NCBI GenBank assembly: GCA_030141605.1
Contig: JAQGDQ010002185.1
Location: 1 to 10,543 of the forward strand
Direction of reading: 5' to 3'
DNA: 10,543 nucleotides
Source: Tubiluchus corallicola
Lineage: Eukaryota; Animalia; Priapulida
A program made the position numbers and the translations under genes. The notes under the pieces are model-generated. The model saw only the letters and a list, made by a program, of their open reading frames with translations. It was not told where the DNA came from and made no database searches. Positions 1 to 8,380 of the stretch are shown in pieces. The first letter of the stretch is position 1, and the number at the start of each line of letters is the position of its first letter.

Positions 1-15
1 ATCTATAATTAGTAC

Positions 16-182
16 CTCTGTCACTGAAATCATCCACTAGCAAGATCTCACGCAGTAAACGTACAGGTGATCGCCTAATTACAGTCCAAATTGTCCGCAT
101 TATAGGAGACCAAGCTTCATTATTAAATATGATTATAACGCTAGCTGTAGGCAGATCTGCATCATATTTAATCTTTGTGCAC
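16..182 (-). CDS. GALNT: Polypeptide N-acetylgalactosaminyltransferase (GALNT family), coding exon 2, start of the GT-A/GT2 domain; gene continues beyond the left edge
   Basis: Hand translation of the minus strand gives (R)CTKIKYDADLPTASVIIIFNNEAWSPIMRTIWTVIRRSPVRLLREILLVDDFSDR, matching the GALNT LPxxSVIIxFxNEAWS...RT...EIxLVDDxS motif. Acceptor ttctag at 183-184, donor GTAC at 15-12. The phase fits exon 1 (AG|G = Arg). Not in the ORF track. Confidence 0.95.
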
Positions 183-854
183 CTAGAATCAGAAACAATT
201 AATCTGATGTTAAACTACTTCCGGTTTGGTGATATTTCGTTTTAATGGCGTCAAAGCTTTAAACAGTTTTTCACTTAATGATGCATATTTCTTTTCAAAG
301 ACGATCTTTCTGTATAACTTATTGAAATATGTTTGAGCATTATATTCAAAGAAGCCTACTGGTAATCAAAGTCATGGTAAAAATTCTCATTATTGATAGT
401 GATAGTAGGCTGTCAGAAACACATATACCACAGTACTAACAAAAAATTAAAATAACAACGTTAAATTCTTTTAAACACCAGTGCAACATCCTTTTATGAA
501 TTTTAATGGAGGATTCCCGCCACTGTGCAAAAACTTGTTAAAAGCAGGAATAAACGCGCTATAACAAAAATTAACATATTTTATTTTCACTAGATTATCA
601 ACCATGGTGATTAATATCATTTGGGATAAATCTTGATCGCCATTTCCCAATAAAGAGCACTATTTCGTATTTCATAAATTTTTATCAGAGCGCAAGGAAA
701 CACGTCCACTGGATATGAAAATCGCCTCGCGCCAGTAGTGATGTATAATGTGTTAGTGAAGTGAGCTAAGCCTACCATCTATAACTTGGTTCGACAAGGT
801 ACAATATCATTTAACTTTAATTAAACTTCTAATTCAAAAATAAGTCTTGCGTAC

Positions 855-1192
855 CTTGGATTACGAGTATCTGGGATAGAACGACTGTACGAGATTCTGT
901 CACTAACGACTACATTAAATGTTTCTTTTTTAAACAACTTTTTTGCCAACGCTTCATCCTCTCCTGACAAAAACACAGGGTCACCATTTTCACCTGGGCC
1001 ATGTGGTGGCCCATCCATTGGCATTAATGTTACAACATGACCGTTACTAGATTTCTGTTTATTTACAGAGTGAGGACGTTTAGCATCTTTTGAGGTGAAG
1101 ATAAATATCACAGTAAATGTACAACATAAAGCAATAAACGCTCTCGTAATAACTTCTCTACGTCTGTAAAAGTAACGCGTCAGCTTCGCCAT
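855..1192 (-). CDS. GALNT: GALNT family coding exon 1: cytoplasmic tail, type II transmembrane anchor and stem region
   Basis: ATG at 1192 (MAKLTRYFYRRR, basic tail), hydrophobic segment AFIALCCTFTVIFIF, then GPGENGDPV and FNVVVSDRISYSRSIPDTRNPR, typical of the GALNT stem. Donor AG|GTACGC at 855/854. The ORF-track extensions to 1276 and 821 are UTR and intron read-through. Paralog identity not determined. Confidence 0.93.
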
Positions 1193-1330
1193 ATCCCAAA
1201 TCTTTCGTGAACGCTCAAAATAAGAGCAATCGGCATTAACAAAAATAATTAGCTGCACATCACAGAATAGAAACAAAGAACTACTTAAAGCCCTACAAAT
1301 GCTTCAAATTTACACGCAGGTTGCCAACTA

Positions 1331-1420
1331 CACCATTTTCTACAGTATAAAAGTAGCCAAGTAGTACTTCCGGTTCTGTTTTGTTGCGCATAGCACCAAA
1401 ACGCAGGCGCGCCATAATTT
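1331..1420. promoter_or_regulatory. Probable GALNT promoter with housekeeping-type motifs
   Basis: Local CpG enrichment 140-230 nt upstream of the ATG. ETS motif ACTTCCGG at 1366-1373, NRF1-like TGCGCA at 1385-1390 and CGCAGGCGC at 1402-1410, YY1-like CCATTTT at 1333-1339 and CGCCAT at 1410-1415. Confidence 0.55.
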
Positions 1421-1559
1421 GTGCATAGAAGTCTGCGTCTAATGACCAGGAAAGCAACTCGCACAGTTTAAAAATGCGTTTAGCTTACTGCACAGCGTTA
1501 TTACTGTTAGGCATCAAATGTTCCAATGATTATTTATATTATATGGTGAGGACCCTTGG

Positions 1560-1919
1560 AGAAAGCAAATATAAGACGAATTCGAACGAGTTTTTTAGCT
1601 CGAATTCGATTCGAACCTAAAACTATAGATTCGAATAATTCAGCACTTCAATCACATACGTTCTTTATCATTAACACTATTTAAACATCATGCATTTAGC
1701 GTAATTTGTCTGTGATTTCTGTGCACAATTTTAAACAAATTATTAGTAGTTTCACTGCAGAACAAAATCGAGTAATATGCAAGGTCTTTGTAAGACTAAT
1801 TCCTACTGGTGGTTCCAAAACTTGTTTAAAAACCTTTGAATCTCAGTTCGAATTCGATTCAAAATGCAGAAATTCGATTCGATTCGAATTCGCTTTCTGG
1901 TAGAGAATTCTCATCCCTA
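1560..1919. mobile_element. hAT(Ac)-like non-autonomous element (MITE) with TTCGA/GAATTC subterminal repeats; left terminus degraded
   Basis: Right end 1909-1919 reads TAGGGATGAGA on the minus strand, 10/11 identical to the maize Ac TIR TAGGGATGAAA. TTCGAA/ATTCGA motifs cluster at 1577-1637 and 1847-1892. No intact left TIR or 8-bp TSD was found. Confidence 0.6.
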
Positions 1920-3542
1920 ATGAGCAGCCAAGTCAAAGTGCCTCAGGAATTTCCTCTTCTATGACAATAACATTATACACTGTTCTTGAACTATTGGAAA
2001 ACTGGAGACATAATAGAAACACTGCAAAATGACTTAGCAAATAAAATTTCAGGGACAATTTCAAACTTTAGCAAATCAAGGCAATAGATGATGATGACTA
2101 AAACTCTCAACCAAATAGCAGCAGCTACTTGGTCAGTGACAATAATAGTTACAAATAGGATGTACCAATATCTAAATTTATAGTAAAATGATGAAGATCC
2201 AATAGGAAGACGTTTTAATATGCTGTTATGGTAGCCAAAAGAACAAGATAAAAATTTAATATCAGATCCATGTCATCTATTACTATTGAACACTAGCATT
2301 TGCTGTGAAAATTGAATTAAGACCTAGCTCCCATAATTACTAGGGCATATCATGCTAACGGTCTTGACATGTCATTCATCTTGTAAGCGAAAGGTATCTG
2401 GTTCAAATACAAGCTATAAACTATGATTTTAACTTTTCCTTTCCAATAAGTTTCGTTTTAAAATACAAATGTGGCTTATTCTGTAATAATAATATTAATT
2501 TGAAATGAGGACTGAGAATAATGAAATTGTTAAAACCTAATCTCGGTAAATAATCGTCATAGTTTTTAAATTACTATTTAATAGCTGCTTTGGCTACACA
2601 TGTAGCTAGTTTACTCTTCCACACGATCTATTTATAGCGGGTATGCTAATTTTTTGTTAAGCAATCATTTTTTCTCACAAAGAAATACTCCCATTTTTAA
2701 TTCAATTTCTTGCAAAAACATGTGTCATTTCATAATTCTTCGGGATAAATTGAAATCTAGTTTGTATTTTTGTTTGCTGATGATTAGGGAAGAACAATAT
2801 CAACTTACACATCTGAACAGCCAACACACACTAACTAAACCTGCTACACCTGTTGTGTGTATTATATAATGTCATTTCTGAAATATTGGTTGCATGAAAG
2901 CTGTTTGATAAGATATGCACTTTAATACACTTTTAATCAATTTACTGATGCTGCTATCATATTTTTTTTTGAATCTGGATGCCTCCAGTAACTTCTGTCA
3001 GCTGGCAAGCCACCTGCAATTTTTCTGCTGTCTCATATGTCGCCCTCTGCCAACACCTATTGAATTTTTACAAAGCACAAAAACATGCAGTAAATGCTAT
3101 TTTTCTGTACAGTAACGAACAACAACCTTGTTCACACTAAACCTAACAAATTCACTTGTGTAACAACAGTACTGATTTGTCATTAATTTCTAGCTCTAAC
3201 AGTTTGCTATCAGTGCTCATTTTGCTAATGCTTCTCATATTTTTACGCTATACAGTTCTAGAGACATTGCTGCAGAACAGCTGCTTACAAATAGGATTTT
3301 GCCGTCGCAGCATATATGTGAAATTACCACTACAACTGATCCACAAAGAAATAAGTGAGTCAGTATTGCTACACGGTTGCAGCCACAGTTTCACTGGTTT
3401 CATGCATTTTACCACATAAGTTGTTTTATAGAACCACATAGGTTGTATAAATAAAAAGCAAATCACATTATAAAGTTCCCATAATTTCTTTGTTACAAAT
3501 AAAAACACAAAACTATACAGTAATGGCAGTGGCCCCTACAGT

Positions 3543-3605
3543 TTAGCGCTTGGACTTGAAGTACTCATTCAGCACATCATGAGCTTGGGTCTCCTTACCA
3601 TAATC
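3543..3605 (-). CDS. RPS12: 40S ribosomal protein S12, last coding exon (DYGKETQAHDVLNEYFKSKR*)
   Basis: Acceptor ttttctag at 3606-3607, phase 0, TAA at 3545-3543. Matches the eS12 C-terminus. Confidence 0.96.
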   Translation of the reverse strand, partial: DYGKETQAHDVLNEYFKSKR

Positions 3606-3695
3606 CTAGAAAAACAGAAGTCAATCAATGCCTACAGACTACAATAGCCATCACATCAAAGAAACTGTGACAAAGACACACATGAATAATGTTTT

Positions 3696-3768
3696 ATCTC
3701 AGACAGTATGCATTCCGCAATAAATACAGAAGTATTCTTGGTAGAGGGAGCATATTGTCATCATTGAT
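3696..3768 (-). ncRNA. SNORD100: Box C/D snoRNA, SNORD100 (HBII-429)-like, downstream copy
   Basis: C box ATGATGA (3764-3758), guide ATGCTCCCTCTA (3753-3742), degenerate D' CCAA, C'-like TTGCGGA, D box CTGA (3702-3699), terminal ATC/GAT stem. Ends about 90 nt upstream of the 3' splice site. The guide is complementary to 18S AGAGGGAGC (human Gm436 site). Human RPS12 hosts SNORD100. Confidence 0.85.
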
Positions 3769-4050
3769 TTTACAAAAAGCTCCGTAAATGAGAGAGTAAA
3801 TTATCGGATACCGAACAAAGATTCAAAGCTAGAAGAGAAAAGCAGTGGCCAATAAGCAATTTCCTAAGGAACTACAAAGGAAGAAGAAAATAGAAAAAAG
3901 GCTGCTAATTAACAGCCAGATTATATATAGGTCTAGCAAAAATGAGATTTGTGTCAAGAATGAACAAGGTCAAGGACATTATCTAAATGAGGTTTAATGC
4001 AACAATCATGATCAAATACAAAAGTAGTGGAATAACACAAAGTTATACAT

Positions 4051-4085
4051 ACACACACACACCCACGCCCATCCACCCACCCACC

Positions 4086-4128
<43 letters not shown>
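4051..4128. repeat. Compound microsatellite (CA)n-(CCCA)n-(CA)n; reads (UG)n/(GGGU)n in the RPS12 pre-mRNA
   Basis: Directly visible: about 17 CA units at 4095-4128 and five consecutive CCC tracts at 4076-4094. Confidence 0.95.
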
Positions 4129-4132
<4 letters not shown>

Positions 4133-4614
4133 AAATGAGTCTTTACGGCATGCTGCCTCACATACCTCAGCTTTAATTTACATGTATTTTGCACTAAATT
4201 TATTGACGGACGGAAATGTTTTTCACTTGAAATTGTGATAACAGTCAAATATGATAACGCCAATCTTTTTAATAACTGTTAAGAGTAACTAAGAAAACTA
4301 ACAATATGGAAGTCTTTGAGCTGGATATTGCTAAGTACCGAACTATAATGCTCATTAAGTAAGCGTTTTGTGAATACAGCAACGACTTAAAGTATAATGA
4401 AGATCGACTACGTATGCATTAGGTACCTAAAAATCCATATTTCTTTTACAGCATTTATTCGGCCACTAGCATTCTGTGGCCACATCCTGCTGTTACAATA
4501 ATTCATAATAACTGATCACTGATAAAAATAATAATTTCATCAGGACACATAGTCCAGGGATAACACCTCAAGTACCTCAATAATTATCTCCAGGGTGGTC
4601 CTAATTATTATTAA

Positions 4615-4700
4615 CCAGTGGTACCATTTTTCAAGTCTTTGGTATGAGAACCCACAACCTCCAGGGTGGGAAGCAAACGCAATACCATTGAGCTGTGCCA
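4615..4700 (-). mobile_element. tRNA-derived SINE 5' fragment with a Meta-domain-like core
   Basis: Minus strand reads GGCACAGCTCAATGGTATTGCG (A-box-like) ... GGTTGTGGGTTC (truncated B box) joined to TCATACCAAAGACTTGAAAAATGGTAC, which resembles the conserved MetaSINE domain as I recall it. Confidence 0.6.
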
Positions 4701-4939
4701 CCTGATCTTATGTATCTCATGATGAAATGAAATGAATGATCACAGTTCAAGATGCCAAACTGATGAAATCAGTGAAGCATTAAGAAAAGGCTTTAATACT
4801 ACAAGGCAAAAGAAAATGAACAAAGCAAACAAAAGTGAACAGCTAATACTATAATTATATGCAAATTTGATTAGATGCAAAAGAGTAACAGTAATTTTCC
4901 TTAACAATTATGGCAAAATGTCTTTAATCACCATATACG

Positions 4940-5009
4940 TATCTCAGACATCATGCTAATCCTCAATGTGTTAGTCTCAGTAGAGGGAGCATTTTTGTCA
5001 TCACTGATA
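4940..5009 (-). ncRNA. SNORD100: Box C/D snoRNA, SNORD100 (HBII-429)-like, upstream copy
   Basis: C box GTGATGA (5004-4998), guide ATGCTCCCTCTA, canonical D' CTGA (4980-4977), C'-like TTGAGGA, D box CTGA (4947-4944), terminal TATC/GATA stem. The D'+5 rule points to the G in 18S AGA-G-GGAGC. Confidence 0.9.
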
Positions 5010-5793
5010 ATAACTTGGGTTCTGATCTACATCAGGTTACTTTAAAACCTGCCTACATTAAATAGTGGCCACAAAAGCCCAAAGGTCAAAGAGTAAGTTG
5101 CCATTTAGCAGTTTTCATAATAATATTAATGAGCTACATATGTTTAGTTTGTTTCCTATTGAATTCCTAACGCCAGTGAATAGCTGAAAATGGAACGACG
5201 ACAGAGATGATTTGACCTGAATTGAGGATAATGAGGAAGGTAATGAAAGTTATGTTTTACTTGCCACTAAGCATGGAATAGGTCTCACATCACTAACCAT
5301 CGGTTCAATTTGTCATATTTCAATTTTAATTGGGTTAACGGGGGACATTTGGGAAATTGATCAAATGTGCTATAAATAGCCTGATGCCAAGAATTCATAT
5401 ACCATAATATTCATAATAAGAATAAATACCGCATAGAGAGTTACATGCACATATCAATATTACTCCACTTATAAATTTTTCCCAGTGGCAAGTTGTGAAT
5501 GAATAAATAAGGTGCCAACACTTTGTGTGAATGATGTAGGTTCGACGCTTATTATTCACAAACAGCTGACTGTTTACCTCATAGATAGCATGCACATACA
5601 ACCAAATGTGGCTGACAAACCTTTACTGGTTTAGTGATTTGCCTTAGGGAGACATCCTTGACAATGAATCGGGCTTGTGCCAGGCCACTAACATCTCCTT
5701 GAGTAGCCTCTACCTCTGAATGCTTTGTCTTGTGCTGTGAGCAGGAAGTGTATAAAAAATACCGCAAATCACAGACAAACAATGCTATATTAC

Positions 5794-5895
5794 CTTGACG
5801 ACAACGCAGCTGCATCCGACAACTTTTCTGGCCTTGCCTTCTTTGTCAATCTTGCACAATCCAGCCCATTCGCCAAGTTTCTTGTTGTCCTCAAC
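5794..5895 (-). CDS. RPS12: 40S ribosomal protein S12, internal exon ([34 protein letters not shown])
   Basis: 102 nt, tttag acceptor at 5896-5897, AAG|GTAAT donor, phase 0/0. Hallmark eS12 sequence. Confidence 0.97.
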
Positions 5896-6252
5896 CTAAA
5901 ATATGGATTAGTGAATAGCAACAGGCAAATATTGACAGTATGATAGAAAAGTGTGACTTAGATTTATCGGTGTCACATTCTAGGTGCTAAGGAACAAAAT
6001 ATTTAACTGTAGCTTTAGCAACTCTGAAACAAAGAATTAAGAAGAACAAAACCAAAAATAAAGTTGTTTAAAAAACTATAAAGTAACCATTCGAATGGAA
6101 ACAAATTATGCTCAAAGACAAATTTAGTTTTTAAACCAAAGTGATTTAATCTGGGACTTTCACCACAGTCCTACCCTATGGACAAACTGAAAGTCAAACT
6201 TCAGCTAGTTAAAACGGAGTCTCTAACATGTAGAGTTCCATGATTTTGCAAA

Positions 6253-6265
6253 CCCCCCCCCCCCC
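6253..6265. repeat. Poly-C tract (C13)
   Basis: Directly visible homopolymer. Confidence 0.9.
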
Positions 6266-6915
6266 GTTCAGTTAAAATCTCGTACAAAAATCCAAAAATC
6301 ATCATCACTTCCTGAAGCATCATGCAAAGGCTAAAATTGCACAGGCTACTTAATAAATGTGTCTATCATCTGGTTAAATTTCAAATCTCTGTGACACCTC
6401 CGCTAGAAAAAATTACAAATGTTCTAAATGACTTCTATCCCAACATGCTGTCAAAGGTGCTCACTCCAAAAGCCTACAAGTAGTATTTTCTGTGTGTATC
6501 ACAAACAGGCAAGTTATGAAATTTGCGAGACAGGATGAAGTAAAATATACCCCTAACCGACACTAGTGTAAATCTCACCAAAAATCAAACTAGTGCATAC
6601 ATATACAATACAGCTGGACAATGGTTTCTACAACAACCACGGCAACAGAATAATACTTAATTTTACTGTTATTCAAGACGTTATTAATTTGTTAAAGTTA
6701 ATCTGTGAAAGTCACCAGTTTTTTCTAATTCTTAGCATTTTTACTCACCTTACCAACATTATGTCTAAGTTAAAGTTTCATTATTTTGGTTACACAAGCA
6801 TACATGGCTAAGCCACATTCTACTCTAGCTAAAATACAAAATGTTACAACTAATAAGAGAGTTAAACAGAGCAATATAAAAGTTTCATCTTACTCCAAAT
6901 TAATAAAATTATTAC

Positions 6916-7018
6916 CTTAATAAGATTAATGCTATGTTCAGCGCAGAGAGCTTCGACCAATTTCACATACATCTGCTCATCGCAGTTGTTTGCTAATACA
7001 CACAGCAAAGCTTGGCGT
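6916..7018 (-). CDS. RPS12: 40S ribosomal protein S12, internal exon ((K)[34 protein letters not shown])
   Basis: 103 nt, tttttttag acceptor at 7019-7020, AAG|GTAAT donor. Lies inside ORF 6862..7062 and encodes an L7Ae-fold segment. Confidence 0.97.
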
Positions 7019-7611
7019 CTAAAAAAAGCATAATAGTCATTACAGAGTTGTGGAAAAAACAAAGCTATAGATATCTATTTCAATGCACACAAATTCAAAT
7101 TCATTTTATTTCATCAGCAAACTACAATTACAAATGTATGTACAAATAATTACTGTGTAACTGAAAAAAATAAAACGAAAGTAAATTTAAAGTAAACTTA
7201 CCAAGTGTACATACTAAACATACTATCCTATTGAAGTTTCGAAGTTAAATACCACAATTATCAGCAGAGACTTGGCAGAAGATAACTTTCACATTTATAT
7301 TACACCAGTAATTTGGTAAGCAATGATGTTCACAGTACACAAATGATACTGGCAAGTCAATGGAGAAGCCATAGCTAACACGAGCATTTGATTATGTTGC
7401 TAAGAATTTAACCGGTCATGTATATGATTATTGTACAAATGTATATATTGTTTAATATAGGCTGATGTTGTAAATGCAATTTATTTGCAAATTAAATTGC
7501 ATGTAAACATAACACAACTTTACTCGAGTAAATAACAGCTAACAGTTAGGTAGCCTAAAGTCAGTGATGGTTTGAAATGAATCCTCGGTGGAGTTACAGG
7601 CTTCTACTTAC

Positions 7612-7755
7612 TTATCAAGGGCTTTGCAAGCCTCGTGTAAACCACGAGCAAGGCCATCGTGTATGAGTGCTGTTTTCAGTACTTCCTGTAGAGCAGTATT
7701 TACATCCATACTGCCACCTATATGCCCTGCTGTTGCACCAGGGGTGGTATCATCT
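7612..7755 (-). CDS. RPS12: 40S ribosomal protein S12, first coding exon visible in the window ([47 protein letters not shown](K))
   Basis: 144 nt, ttcag acceptor at 7756-7757, AA|GTAAGT donor at 7611. Starts in phase 2, implying a short upstream ATG exon that I did not find in the window. Confidence 0.96.
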
Positions 7756-8156
7756 CTGAAGCATAGAATAAATGCAAAACTTTAACATAATGATAATAAT
7801 TCAAATCTAGTTGGTACTTACATGGGAAATCAATCACCGCTCTTGCATTTAAAACAAAATGCAATTAAAGAATCAACTAATAGGGACCAGACTTTTACAC
7901 CAGGTAGTGAAGTTAGGAAGCATTAACACAAATTCCTTATCTACGAGGCTACACATGATAAACACACAATACATGTAAACTGGACAAATAACACATTAGA
8001 CCGACCTGTAAGTCATGATATAAGAGCTACAGGTCTGAGTGTGTGTTTTTAAAAACACAACCAGCCACAAATATCCAGAGTGCAAATTTAATACATGTCC
8101 TCCCAGAACTTCCCGCAAATCTGCCCGAGCACACAGAAGTTGTCTCGATTGCCGGT

Positions 8157-8380
8157 AAACTAACCAGCTTTCTTTACTATGTCTCACCCCGTATTAATGA
8201 AATTTTGTATCTTTTGTAAGTATTACAGTTAGCGATTTGCCACTTACACAAAATTCATTTACAGCATAAAACTAACCAGCTTTCTTCACTATGTCTCACC
8301 CCGTATTAATGAAATTTTGTATCTTTTGTAAGTATTACAGTTAGCGATTTGCCACTTACACAAAATTCATTTACAGCATA
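8157..8380. repeat. Tandem duplication, 2 x 112 bp
   Basis: 8157-8268 and 8269-8380 are identical except one substitution (T8175 vs C8287). Confidence 0.95.

Noticed and set aside
700-750. CpG-rich partial inverted repeat in the GALNT intron sharing GCGATTTTCA with about 8473-8482
   Set aside because: Match too short to define an element without a genome search.
1577-1892. TTCGAA repeats as a CRISPR-like array
   Set aside because: No constant repeat-spacer period, eukaryotic context, and better explained as MITE subterminal motifs.
2370-2416. tRNA-Thr(TGT)-like fragment (CTTGTAA loop, GGTTCAAATAC B-box-like)
   Set aside because: Stems are mismatched and there is no D arm or acceptor stem. 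At most a decayed SINE head.
3787-3815. AATTATCGGATACC resembles part of human SNORD101 as I recall it
   Set aside because: It is on the plus strand (antisense to the host), with no C box or terminal D box.
4715-4770. Plus-strand ATGATGA...CTGA C/D-like pair
   Set aside because: Antisense to the host, only about 45 nt, built from a TGAAA low-complexity run, and has no guide match.
6268-6310. Minus-strand GTGATGA...CTGA C/D-like pair
   Set aside because: Too short, no terminal stem and no recognisable guide.
7810-7825. CCCAT|GTAAGT as the RPS12 start-codon exon
   Set aside because: The phase would fit an AT|A codon but not a split ATG (the next exon starts with A), and unspliced it reads ATG-TAA. 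No supporting MS/MA...EG coding sequence upstream.
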